In this document: piece by piece, positions 10,765 through 21,172 of the stretch
Numbering within the stretch: the stretch's first letter is position 1
Layout of the letters: each line of letters begins with the position of its first letter
Source of the DNA: an uncultured Chloroflexia bacterium
GTDB taxonomy: Bacteria; Chloroflexota; Anaerolineae; B4-G1; SLSP01
Direction of reading: 5' to 3'
Length of the DNA: 64,000 bases
Assembly: GCA_963751345.1 (NCBI GenBank)
Contig: CAVVUS010000049.1
Coordinates: 32,001 to 96,000, forward strand
The notes under the pieces: generated by a model
Database searches by the model: none
Told to the model about the DNA's origin: nothing
Seen by the model: the letters and a program-made list of their open reading frames with translations, nothing else
Position numbers and translations under genes: made by a program

Positions 10765-13665
10765 ATGAGTTCCGCTCCCTGCCCGCAGTGTGGGACGCAG
10801 AACCGAGCCGGTGCGCACTTCTGCGTCAAGTGCGGTGCGCCGTTGTCCCCCGCAGAGAGCGTGGGTGCGGCGGTATGTCCCAGATGTGGCGTCCCATTGC
10901 GACCCGGGGCTCAGTTCTGTCCTGCATGCGGTGTCAATCTCGTCTCTCCTCCTGGCCCCTCCCCCGGAGGCGGAGACGGTTTTTCCTCGCCCGGAGGGAA
11001 AGGAAATGCCACGGTCGTTGATCTAGGTGTGGGCGCTGAGCGCAGGCTTGTCGTCCGGTGGCCTCGCGGGCAGACCGAGGAGCATGTCCTCTCCGGTCCG
11101 ATCGTGAACGTGGGGCGGGCACCTGACAATGACATCATGCTCAACTTCCCCACGGTGTCGGGCCACCACTTGCGGCTCCAGATCCCGCCGGCAGGCAGCG
11201 CAGGGCAAGTCAACGTGACGGATCTCCACAGTACCAACGGCACGATGGTCAAGGGACGCACCATCGCGCCGGATGTCCCCTATCCGTGGCTGCCCGGTGA
11301 TGTCCTTCGGGTGGGGGACCTGCGCGGCAACTCGATCAGTATGGTGCTCGAGGGCGACCCGGCCCCGTCGCTGCATACCCATCCGTTGGGGATGCACCTG
11401 CTGGCACAGTATCCGAGTATCGTCATTGGACGCGACCCCTCCAGCCAGATCACGTTGGAGCATCCCACGGTCTCCCGGCGTCATGCCGAGATCGTGCGCC
11501 GGGACGGCGGGCGCCGCGATCACGGGCACGCGATCCGAGATCTGGGGAGCGCAAACGGTACTTTCGTGAACGGCCAACGGGTCACCACGGACTGGACCCC
11601 GCTCCGAATGGGAGACGTCATCCAGTTGGGGCCCTACAAGTTGGTCTATGACGGGCAGGCCGAGCGGTTGAGCACGTCCGTCAGTCAGGGCCACAGGTTG
11701 GATGCCATCAATCTTGGTGTCGAGGTGCCGGGCGGGCGGATGATCCTTCAGGACATCTCGATCTCGGTGCAGGGCAGTGAGTTTGCCGCCCTGGTCGGCG
11801 GAAGCGGCGCCGGCAAGAGCACATTGATGAAGGCGATGAACGGCTTCCATCAGGCCACCCAGGGACGGATGCTGATCGATGGTGAACCCCTCTACCCGAA
11901 CCTGGCCACGTACCGCATGCTGATGGGCTACGTTCCCCAGGATGATATCATCCATCGAATTCTGCCCGTGAACTTGGCGCTCTGGTATTCGGCGAAGCTG
12001 CGGCTCCCCGATGCCACCAGGGACGAGATTGACAGGCGCATCGATCACGTGCTCGATATGCTGGATCTCACCCCGCACCGCGAGAAGCCTGTCAGGGTGC
12101 TCAGTGGGGGACAGCGGAAGCGCGTGAGTATCGCCGCAGAGCTCCTGGCCGAGCCGGATCTGCTCTTCCTGGACGAGCCAACCTCCGGCTTGGATCCCGG
12201 TCTGGAGAAGAAGATGATGTACGACCTAAATCGGCTGGCCGACCAGGGACGTACGATTGTCCTCGTCACGCACGCCACGGCGAACATCGAGCAGTGCAAC
12301 CACGTAGCGTTCCTTGTCCAGGGACGCCTTGCGTATTACGGCCCGCCACAGGAGGCGATGTCGTTTTTCCAGGCGCGCGACTTCGCTGACATCTATCTCA
12401 AGTTGTCGGAGGACGTCGATGCGTCGGGAAGTGACGTACCGGCGGAGCTCCAACCCTATCTGCCGAGAGTCCGGGCGCATCTCGCCGGCAGTGGTGGATC
12501 GGGCAGCGGCGCCTCGGCCGCCTCGACCTTTCCTGCCGGGCTGTTGTGGTCCGAGCGATACCTGGACTCGCCTTACCAGAAGCAATATGTTGCCGACCGG
12601 CAGGCGGACCTGGATGTGCCGCGGCAGTCGTCCCCCGCAGCCCCGCCTGCCCGGCGAAGAGGCACCCGTGACTCAGCATTGAGACAGCTTGTGATCCTTG
12701 CACGCCGTCAGTTCGATCTCATCCGGCACGACGTCCGCACGCTCTTCATCCTCCTGTTGATGATGCCTCTGATCGGGCTGCTCTTCATGGCGGTCAGCGA
12801 CAAGAATGCGCTTGTGGGACAGCCTGTCACGGAGAGTAGCCTCAAGGCTGAACTCCTGGCGTCCCTCGGGCGGGCCAGTGAGGACGATCTGCAGGCGCAG
12901 GATGTCGACACCAAGATCCAGTACATCCCGCTCTCAGATGCCAACAACCTCGTGGTCATGTTGGGCCTCGCGCTGACACAGGCGGGCACCTTTGGTGCCG
13001 CGTACGAGATCGTCAAGGAGCGTGCCATCTTCCGGCGCGAGCGCGGGGTCAACCTTCGCGTGATTTCCTACGTGCTCGCAAAGGCGTTGGTCCTCGGCGT
13101 CTTTGCCGTCGTCCAGGTGGCAAGCGTGTTGATCGTGTTGGGGCTAAAACTCAACCTGAACGTCGAACCCATCTTCAGCATTTTCCCCTGGGGCACGATG
13201 GAGCTCTTCGTTACGCTGTTGATCGCCGTCTTTGCGAGCATTATGTTTGGCCTCTTCATCTCTGCGATCGTACCGGGGCCTGACGTCGTGCTCTATGTGA
13301 TCCTGGTGCAGCTCTTTACACAGATTATCCTATCGGGCACGCTGTTCCCCCTGGAGAACAACCCCGCCTCGAAGCTTGTGACGTCTTATTGGACGATGGA
13401 CGCGATGGGGGCGACGATCGACTTGAACCGGTTGAACCAGGAGGGCTTGGTCTGCAAGGTGTGGGAGCAGGACGTGCCCACGGCGCAGGGGGCGCTGGAA
13501 ACGCAGCGTGGCATCGCATGCGAATCGGCTGCCCGCGATGAGTTGGAGCTGTCCTACGAACACACAGGGTCGCATCTTGCGACGGCGTGGGGCGCGCTTG
13601 GCGTCCAGGCCCTCCTCTGGGGGATCGCAACGGTGATTGTACAGTCAAGGGTGAAAGGCGATTAG
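10765..13665 (+). CDS. Zinc ribbon-FHA-FHA-ABC ATPase-ABC2 permease exporter (Rv1747-like)
   Basis: Two CxxC ribbons; two FHA domains (GR..VSGHH..STNGT; GR..VSRRHA..SANGT); GGSGAGKST, LSGGQ, LDEPT; multi-TM C-terminus with EIVKERAIFRRE. Confidence 0.92.
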   Translation: MSSAPCPQCGTQNRAGAHFCVKCGAPLSPAESVGAAVCPRCGVPLRPGAQFCPACGVNLVSPPGPSPGGGDGFSSPGGKGNATVVDLGVGAERRLVVRWPRGQTEEHVLSGPIVNVGRAPDNDIMLNFPTVSGHHLRLQIPPAGSAGQVNVTDLHSTNGTMVKGRTIAPDVPYPWLPGDVLRVGDLRGNSISMVLEGDPAPSLHTHPLGMHLLAQYPSIVIGRDPSSQITLEHPTVSRRHAEIVRRDGGRRDHGHAIRDLGSANGTFVNGQRVTTDWTPLRMGDVIQLGPYKLVYDGQAERLSTSVSQGHRLDAINLGVEVPGGRMILQDISISVQGSEFAALVGGSGAGKSTLMKAMNGFHQATQGRMLIDGEPLYPNLATYRMLMGYVPQDDIIHRILPVNLALWYSAKLRLPDATRDEIDRRIDHVLDMLDLTPHREKPVRVLSGGQRKRVSIAAELLAEPDLLFLDEPTSGLDPGLEKKMMYDLNRLADQGRTIVLVTHATANIEQCNHVAFLVQGRLAYYGPPQEAMSFFQARDFADIYLKLSEDVDASGSDVPAELQPYLPRVRAHLAGSGGSGSGASAASTFPAGLLWSERYLDSPYQKQYVADRQADLDVPRQSSPAAPPARRRGTRDSALRQLVILARRQFDLIRHDVRTLFILLLMMPLIGLLFMAVSDKNALVGQPVTESSLKAELLASLGRASEDDLQAQDVDTKIQYIPLSDANNLVVMLGLALTQAGTFGAAYEIVKERAIFRRERGVNLRVISYVLAKALVLGVFAVVQVASVLIVLGLKLNLNVEPIFSIFPWGTMELFVTLLIAVFASIMFGLFISAIVPGPDVVLYVILVQLFTQIILSGTLFPLENNPASKLVTSYWTMDAMGATIDLNRLNQEGLVCKVWEQDVPTAQGALETQRGIACESAARDELELSYEHTGSHLATAWGALGVQALLWGIATVIVQSRVKGD

Positions 13666-13667
13666 CT

Positions 13668-14351
13668 GTGACGAAACTACATCATACATCCATACCGTTT
13701 CGACCTTGGTGGCTGTTGGCCATGGTGGTGGTGCTGACCCTGGGGGCCGCCGGTTGCACCGAAGCACCACCGTCGACCGCCACCGCGCGCCCGGCGACGG
13801 TCACGCCGACGTCAACGCCTGCGACGACGCCGACGACCGCGCCGACCCCGACACCGCTCTTCACGCCGACGTCGACGCCCACCCCGACTCCGACTATGGC
13901 CCCGACCTCGACCCTACAGCCGACGTCAACCCCCACACTCACGCCAACGCCTCGGCCGCGGCCTACGGCACCCTCGCCCGAGGCGCTCGCGACACAGTAC
14001 CCCCAGTTGGCCCCCATTCTCAACAATCCTGAGGTAGCCGGCGCCTATAAGCAGCTCGCCGTGGCCTACGAGGAGGACGGGCAGCAGGGCGCCCTCGCGG
14101 TGGCGCAGCAGCAGGGGTTGGTCTCGCCGGAGGGCAACATCCGAGCCGACCTGGTGCTGGATACCAACGATACCGCGAGTACCGTGGCCCAGCTCGAGGC
14201 GATGGGCATCACGGTGGTTGGGACCCACGACAACGTGGTCCAGATTGCGGTGCCACCGGCACTCCTCATGTCGGGCGCCAATCAGCCCGGCGACCTTCTT
14301 AACCAGCTTTCGGGCCTGGAGCACGTCGTCGGCGTTCAGCCTCCGGGATGA
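13668..14351 (+). CDS. Lipoprotein with Thr/Pro stalk and a domain homologous to the N-terminal (pro)domain of the S8 protease at 18715
   Basis: GTG start; lipobox LGAAGC; TP repeats; YPQLAPIL, LVLDT, VAQL, IAVP and HVV match the S8 N-terminus. Confidence 0.8.
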   Translation: MTKLHHTSIPFRPWWLLAMVVVLTLGAAGCTEAPPSTATARPATVTPTSTPATTPTTAPTPTPLFTPTSTPTPTPTMAPTSTLQPTSTPTLTPTPRPRPTAPSPEALATQYPQLAPILNNPEVAGAYKQLAVAYEEDGQQGALAVAQQQGLVSPEGNIRADLVLDTNDTASTVAQLEAMGITVVGTHDNVVQIAVPPALLMSGANQPGDLLNQLSGLEHVVGVQPPG

Positions 14352-14397
14352 CGGGCGCTGCGTAAGATCGTCGGCTCCCAGTCCGTCTGAATAGACT

Positions 14398-16257
14398 ATG
14401 AACCTCAGTCCTGGTGTGACATTGCAGAACCGTTACCGCATTGTCGCTCGGCTGGGCCAGGGCGGCATGGGTGCTGTGTATCGCGCGTGGGATACACGGC
14501 TGAATGTGGCTGTGGCACTCAAGGAGATGGTCCCCCAACCGGGACTCGATGCCCAGACACTGGCCCAGATGCGGGCACAGTTCAGACAGGAAGCCACCGT
14601 CCTGGCACGTCTGAATCATCCCCACTTGGTCAACGTGACCGACTTCTTCGAGGAGGAGGGCAAGGTCTACCTCGTGATGCGATTCATCGAGGGCGAGAGC
14701 CTCGCGAGTCGCATCGCCCGCGAGGGCCCGATCTCCGAGGCACAGGTTGTGGCTTGGGCGCGGCAGCTTCTCGACGCACTGGATTACTGCCACAGCCAGG
14801 GCGTCCTCCACCGTGACATCAAGCCGCAGAACATCATCATTCGCGCCGATGGTCAGGCGGTCTTTGTGGATTTTGGGTTGGTGAAACTGTGGAACCCCGA
14901 TGATCCCTACACGCGCACGGTGATGCGGGGCATGGGCACACCGGAGTATGCGCCACCCGAGCAGTACGGGACGCGCAGCCAGCACACGGATCCACGTTCG
15001 GACATCTACAGCCTCGGCGCCACGCTCTATCACGCGCTGACCGGACAGCTGCCCCTGAGCGCCACCGACCGGATGGCGACGCCGGAGCAATTCATGCCGC
15101 CCGGACGTCTGACCCAGGGCGTCAGCCCTGGTGTCGAGGCTGCCATCCTCAAGGCCATGGCGCTCACCATCGGCCAGCGCTTCGCGAGCGCTCGCGAGAT
15201 GTCGGAGGCGCTTGACGGCAGCCGACCCCCCATACCCACTGCCCAACAGCAAGGGCCTCATCTGTCCTTGCCGGGCGCGTGGTTATGGGCAGCAGGCGGT
15301 GTTGTCTTGTTGCTGTTCAGCGGGAGTGCCCTTCTCGCCGTTCGTGCTTTCTCACCCCACACCTCTCCTACGGCTACGCAATCGCCACACGCCACATCGG
15401 TTGTCGTCTCCGACGCCGCCGGCCGGACACCGACCGCGACACAAGCGTCGACGCCCTTGCTAACCCGGACGCCAGTCGTGCCGCCGACGCAGGGCGTGCC
15501 AACGATTGAGTCCACGCTGGTCGTCGTGGAACAGCCCTCTGCGACGCCGCTCCCCGCGTACGCGACGGCGACGCCACAGCCGGCAGCGACTGCGCCGCCT
15601 ACGCGGACGCCAACGCCGCTCGCGACCGCCACCGCGACGCCTCCCGCGACCGCTACATGGACGCCTACGCCAACATCGGTGCCCACGACGGCTTACGAAC
15701 AGGTACCTCTGGGCTCTGTGGCCAACGCGACACAGGGCTTCGTTTCTCCCCCAACCGGCGACGTCACACTTGGCGGTGTGCCCTTTAGCCTGACGGACCG
15801 GGTGTTCCAGAGTCAGGCGGAACCGGCGCCGCACGACGGATACCCAACGCGCGCTCATCTGGTAACGAGTCTGACGGGCGCTCAGCGCGTGCACTTGCTG
15901 ATCACGACCGGAAATGGGTTCAACGAATACATCAATCAGAAGGTGGGAGAGGTCTGGGCAGCCTGTGATGGCTACTCCTACCTACTCAGTGATCTGCGGC
16001 TGGGACAGGAGGTCCGCGAATGGCACGGCGAGCCGAACGTCGTGTCGACGATGACCCGGTCCCGGGAGGTGTGGGTGGGAGAGATCGCCGGTGCCGGGGT
16101 TCAGGGCCACATTGACTTACTGAGCCTCGATCTGCCGGACCAGTGCCGCAACGGTACTCTCCAGGGCATTGATCTCGTGGATACGTCGGTTCAGACTATC
16201 GGTTCTATGGACCCGGCTTTCAACCTCACCGGCGTCACGGTCGAGGTCTACCGGTAG
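14398..16257 (+). CDS. Receptor Ser/Thr kinase 3 with TM, Thr-rich stalk and beta-rich ectodomain
   Basis: GQGGMGAVY, ALKE, HRDIKPQN, DFG, GTPEYAPPE; TM WLWAAGGVVLLL; GVPF-containing C-terminal domain. Confidence 0.92.
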   Translation: MNLSPGVTLQNRYRIVARLGQGGMGAVYRAWDTRLNVAVALKEMVPQPGLDAQTLAQMRAQFRQEATVLARLNHPHLVNVTDFFEEEGKVYLVMRFIEGESLASRIAREGPISEAQVVAWARQLLDALDYCHSQGVLHRDIKPQNIIIRADGQAVFVDFGLVKLWNPDDPYTRTVMRGMGTPEYAPPEQYGTRSQHTDPRSDIYSLGATLYHALTGQLPLSATDRMATPEQFMPPGRLTQGVSPGVEAAILKAMALTIGQRFASAREMSEALDGSRPPIPTAQQQGPHLSLPGAWLWAAGGVVLLLFSGSALLAVRAFSPHTSPTATQSPHATSVVVSDAAGRTPTATQASTPLLTRTPVVPPTQGVPTIESTLVVVEQPSATPLPAYATATPQPAATAPPTRTPTPLATATATPPATATWTPTPTSVPTTAYEQVPLGSVANATQGFVSPPTGDVTLGGVPFSLTDRVFQSQAEPAPHDGYPTRAHLVTSLTGAQRVHLLITTGNGFNEYINQKVGEVWAACDGYSYLLSDLRLGQEVREWHGEPNVVSTMTRSREVWVGEIAGAGVQGHIDLLSLDLPDQCRNGTLQGIDLVDTSVQTIGSMDPAFNLTGVTVEVYR

Positions 16258-17599
16258 TCAGGACGTCGAAAGGCGCATAAGTTGCCAGGATCGTGCCATC
16301 GTGATCGAGGGCCAGCCAGTTGGTGTGTCCCCATTCGGAGGGATGGCCGTCCAGCGCAAAGGGCGTGACCGCGACGACGCGAGGGTCCGCCAACCAGGGA
16401 ATCCACCCCTCTTCGGGATAGGCCGGGTAGCGCCCATGGTTGCCACGAAGGGTCAGGTCCAGGTACTCGGCAACCGTTGTCGCATCGGGCAGCGGGCGAG
16501 AGTCGTCGGTGGCATTGAGGTCGCTGGTCTCGGCGTGACGCCATCCCGTTTCGGTGATCATAACCGGAAGAGAGGGCGCGCCAAAGGTCGACAGCAAGAA
16601 GAGCTCCCACTCATAGCCGTTGACTCCGCGATTGAAGATCCCCGGCGGCGGAGCGATATGGGCCGGATTGGCGGCGCCGTTGATCATATCGATCCGGAAC
16701 GTCTGCTGCCAGGGGCCGTTGGTCAATGGCCCCGTGGGGTAGGAGTGGCTGGCCCAGAGGTCCAGATGCGAGAAGACGTCTGGATTGGCCTGGACCATCT
16801 CGTCGAGGAAGGTCTCCTCGTCCATATAGAGAAGCCCGTCGACGAAGGGCACGTTGCCCGTATGCGGCGTGTAGGGATCGAAGCCTGCATTCAGGATCCT
16901 GGCGCCTGGGTCGACCCCGTGGATGGCGTCGGCGACGGCGATGAGAAATCGGCCGTAGCCTGCGGGGTCGGGACGACCGCTCCACTCGTTGCCGTGGTTG
17001 GGCTCGTTGCCGACGATAACGTAGTGTGCGCCGGTCGGCCAGTCGAGACCGGAAATAAAGGCCGCGTAGCGTCCGGCGATGGCGGCGTAGCTTCCGTCGG
17101 GATCGGGGGACGGTGCATTCCACCAGCCGGCGATCCCATCGTAGGTGGTTGCGAGCCGGAGGATAGGCGTCAGGTGGAGGTTTCCGCAGAGGTCCATGAA
17201 GACCTGCCAGCGGGCCGTGTCGAGGTCGCTCTCGCGGATCAGTTCCGTGACGTATCCCCAGTCGCCGACAGCCTGCCGGGCGTAGGCCAGGTGCTCGGGC
17301 CACAGATCCACAGGCCAAGCGTTTCGCCCGTCGTCAAGGAGCAAATGGATGCCGAGTTTGGCCGTGGACGGGTCGGGCGTGTGCGTGGGGCTGGGGGACG
17401 GCGGGTGTGTCGCCGTTGGCGTTTCCTTGAAGCGCGACACCGGGCCGGGCGTGGGCGTGCCTCCGGGACGAAGCGTCATTGGCGGAACCGGACTGCCCGC
17501 AGGCATCAGCGCTTGCCAGGAACAGCCTATAATAAGCGCACACGCCAGGATGACTGTGCGGACCCGCTGCCATCGTTCAGCATCTCTGCGATCGGTCAC
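16235..17599 (-). CDS. Clan GH-A glycoside hydrolase-like lipoprotein
   Basis: LIIGC lipobox-like signal; IVGNEPN acid/base and ITETGW nucleophile motifs; SHSYP. Confidence 0.75.
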   Translation of the reverse strand: MTDRRDAERWQRVRTVILACALIIGCSWQALMPAGSPVPPMTLRPGGTPTPGPVSRFKETPTATHPPSPSPTHTPDPSTAKLGIHLLLDDGRNAWPVDLWPEHLAYARQAVGDWGYVTELIRESDLDTARWQVFMDLCGNLHLTPILRLATTYDGIAGWWNAPSPDPDGSYAAIAGRYAAFISGLDWPTGAHYVIVGNEPNHGNEWSGRPDPAGYGRFLIAVADAIHGVDPGARILNAGFDPYTPHTGNVPFVDGLLYMDEETFLDEMVQANPDVFSHLDLWASHSYPTGPLTNGPWQQTFRIDMINGAANPAHIAPPPGIFNRGVNGYEWELFLLSTFGAPSLPVMITETGWRHAETSDLNATDDSRPLPDATTVAEYLDLTLRGNHGRYPAYPEEGWIPWLADPRVVAVTPFALDGHPSEWGHTNWLALDHDGTILATYAPFDVLTTGRPRP

Positions 17600-17744
17600 G
17601 GCGTTCGATCCTTGTTGAGCTAGGCTGGCCTTTTCGCCCGTGATCTTATCTGGTTCCGGTCTGGTGGCAACGGCAGGCAGCCTGTTCTTCCGATGGTGGC
17701 ACGATTTCGGTCTCTGCGGGCCGACCTTATAGAGGAGCTGTCCT

Positions 17745-18688
17745 ATGAAGTGTTCGGTATGCGGTGCCGACAACCGCGACGACGTTCGATTCTGCCGGCG
17801 CTGTGGCAATGCATTGGTGGCACCTGCTGCCGGCGGGCCGGGCGAGCGCGTCGCTGCCGCACCGGCGTCGAGCAGTGGCCAACCGGGGCCGGGAATCACC
17901 TGTCCGGCGTGTGGGGCTATGGTCAGGGCGGGAACGCAGTTCTGTCCGCAGTGCGGCCATGCGATGCCCGGCCCTGCGCTCAACGTCGCGGAAGGTCACC
18001 AGGCCGGAGGGGACCTCCCTGAAGGGGCGTTGATCGAAACCGGTAGTCCAAGCACATCCTCGCCCCAGGGCGAGGCGCTGACCCCGGCGCTCCTGCGCCA
18101 AGGAGGAGATTTCGTCGGTGGCCGCTGTGGGTCGGGGGGACGGTCGGCTTTGCCGGTGTGGCAGTTCTCCTTGCCGTCGTATTGGTCCGTCTCCTGGGGG
18201 ACGGCTCGCCCCTCGCTGCACCGGAGCCTATGGTGACGGCGACTGCGGTATCGTCGACCGTATCCAGTGCCACGCCAACCCCCCAGGCAACCCCGACGAG
18301 TGCCGCGCCTGCTATGGCGCAACCTCCTGCGGGCGGGATATCCGATCAAGCGACGCCGCACGTTGAGCTCGATGCCATGCCCGATGTGCCGAGAGTGGGC
18401 GATACCTTTGTGCTCGCTGCCCTGCTGGTGGTGCCGCCAGGGATGGAGTCGCAGGCTCAGGAGTACACACTGATCGCGAATGGGGAGCCCCAGTTGAGCT
18501 ACCAGACAACGCCGCTGCTGAGTGGCCTGCAGGCCTTTGGTGCCCTCGATGGCTTCCCCGAGCTTCTGGTATTCGAGGCCGTTGAGGCCGGGTCCACGCA
18601 GGTACAGGTTCGTGTATCCGTCAAGGGGGCGGACGGGACCGTGGGGGAGGTGCTCTCGCCGGTGTTGGCGGTGACGGTGCAGGAGTGA
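17745..18688 (+). CDS. Double zinc ribbon, TM and small beta-sandwich ectodomain; frameshifted
   Basis: CSVC..RFCRRCG and CPAC..QFCPQCG; hydrophobic AVLLAVVLVRLL in the second frame, then a Thr-rich linker. Confidence 0.65.
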
Positions 18689-18714
18689 CGTTATCTTAGT
18701 CGTTGGGGGAATAG

Positions 18715-21086
18715 ATGCGACGCAATCATACGATAGGCCTACTGATTGGGGGCGGGGTAGCTGCTTCTGGCTGTGGGGGCCGTGCTGACCGTGGGCTTCC
18801 TGCGGGGTAGGCGCAGGGCCTTTGTCCTCGGGGGGACACGTTCCACCGTTGGCGACCGTATCGGCAATACCGCTCGATGCGCCACCATCCATCGAGGATC
18901 TGGTGGACGAATATCCGGAGCTGGCCGCGATCCTGACCGATCCGGAACTCGGCACAGTGTACAAGGAATTCTTGGTTGCCTATCAGGAAGGCGGGATTGA
19001 TGCCGCCGCCGAGCTCGCGAAGGAGCGTGGCATCCTCGCGCCGGATGGGTCGCATCTGATGGTGACCCTGGTTCTGGATACAGAGGACTCCACCGCTCTC
19101 GTTGCCCAGTTGACGGGGGTGGGGGTTGAGGTGGTCAGTGCCTATCAGGACCGAGTGAATATCGCCGTCCCGGTTGCCCTGATCGAACAGGCGATGCAGT
19201 CCGAGGACATCGGCGCCGTGTTCGGGCGCCTGACGGAACTCGACCATGTGGTCGCCGTGCGCCTGCCGAGTCAACGCGGCTCCAACCAGCAGTCGGGTGG
19301 CACGGAGGGCATTGCCGTGGTCGGGGCGGATAAGTGGCACGAGGCCGGCTTCACCGGGGCGGGCGTACGGATCGGTGTGTTGGATCTCGGCTTTGCCGGA
19401 TACGAGAAGCTGTTGGGGACGGCGCTGCCCGACAATGTGGAGGTCGAGACCTTCGGATGGTATGACAGGGAGGAGGTTCACGGCGCTGCCTGTGCCGAAA
19501 TCGTCCACGAGGTGGCGCCCGATGCCGAGCTCTTCTTCGCGTGGTACGACGGCAGCGACGCCGCGATGGGCGAGGCTGTGGACTGGCTGATGTCACAGAA
19601 CGTCGACATCATCACGCATTCTGCAGGCGGTGTCATCAGCCCACGGGACGGTACAGGATGGGACGCGCAGCTTGTCGACCAGACGACGGCACAAGGCGTC
19701 CTGTGGGTGAATTCGGCGGGTAACGAGGCGGACGTTCACTATCGCGGTGTCTTCAAGGATTCGGATGGCGATGGCTTCACCGAGTTTCCCTCGGGCTCGC
19801 AGTTGCTGCCGATCTACACGAACGGCCGGGTTCGCGTTACCCTGGTCTGGCAGGATGACTGGGATCGACCAACGCAGGACTTCGAGTTGACGATCCTTAA
19901 CGGTGATGGGGACATTCTGGCCTCATCCGAGGATGCCCAGGATGGTGGACCGGGACAACAGCCTGCGGAATGGGTGAGCCTGACCACAAGCGAATCGGTG
20001 GTCTATGCCACAATGTATGCGTATGCTGCCGACCGCAACGTGACCTTCGACATCTTCGCCTCGGGACCGGGTGCTGAGATTGCCGACGCGGTGCCCGCCT
20101 ACAGTGTCAACTCCCCGGGGGACGCGGTCAGCGCGTTGACGGTCGGTGCGGTGGACTGGAACGACGATCAACTGGCCTACTACAGCTCGCAGGGGCCGAC
20201 GACCGACGAACGGCTGAAGCCCGATATCTCGGGTCCTACAGGTGTTTCGGGGGCGACATATGGCCGGCGGGGGTTCGACGGAACGTCAGCCTCCGCACCT
20301 CATGTCGCCGGGGTCGCGGCTCTGGTGTGGGCGGCCTATCCGGGCTTCAGTCGTGAGGACCTCGTCAACTACCTGCTGGATTCGGTGGTCGATCTCGGCC
20401 CTTCGGGTCCCGACACCGGCTATGGCTATGGCCGGCTCAACCTACCCGCACCGCCAAACGGCGTCATCGGGCAGCCGACCCCAACGCCATCTGCCGGCGT
20501 CTCCGGTGCACCGGGGCGTGCGACGGCAGTGCCGGGAGGCCTGGCCACGGCGACGCCCGTTGCTTTCACGACGCCGGAGCCTGTGGCTGCCAGCGCTGGC
20601 GGGGGGGCGGGCTCACTGCTCCTCGTCCTCCTGCTGTTGGGCGGGTTCGGGCTGGGGGGAGGCGGGCTGCTTCTGGTCGGCGGCATTCTGTTGATTGCGG
20701 ATCTTCGTTCGCGGAGTCGCCAACGGACGGCATCGGCTGCAGCACCGGTCGCCATTCGGCCACAGCCACAGGTACCTCGGCCGCAGGCGCCCTATCGTCC
20801 GGCGGTCAGTCCGCGGGTGGAGACGTTGAATCCGACGCAACCATGGCTGCCGACGGCGGATGCTCCCGACCGGCCGATGCAAATGCCGCCCGCATCGCAG
20901 GAGAACCCTCCGGTTTCGGCCGAGTATTGTCCTACGTGCGGGAGTGCCGTGCGGCAGGGAGCGCACTTCTGTGCGAAGTGTGGAGCGTCGCTGAGCACTC
21001 CGTCGCACCACAAGTTCTGCCGGTACTGCGGCGCACCGTTGGATGCAGATAGCCGTTTCTGTACCTCTTGTGGACGGCCCGTGTAG
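18715..21086 (+). CDS. Membrane-anchored S8 subtilase with prodomain, TM and cytoplasmic double zinc ribbon; 5' frameshift
   Basis: Triad GVLDLGF (Asp), VHGAAC (His), GTSASAPHVAG (Ser); NSAGN; GYGRL; Leu-rich TM; CPTC/CAKC/CRYC/CTSC tail. Confidence 0.9.
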
Positions 21087-21172
21087 ATCGATCGTGCCCT
21101 GTCGTGCCACTTGCACCACGGGTCAAAGCGTACTATCGTTAGAATGTCGCGTCAGCAAAGAGGAGGGGTGCA

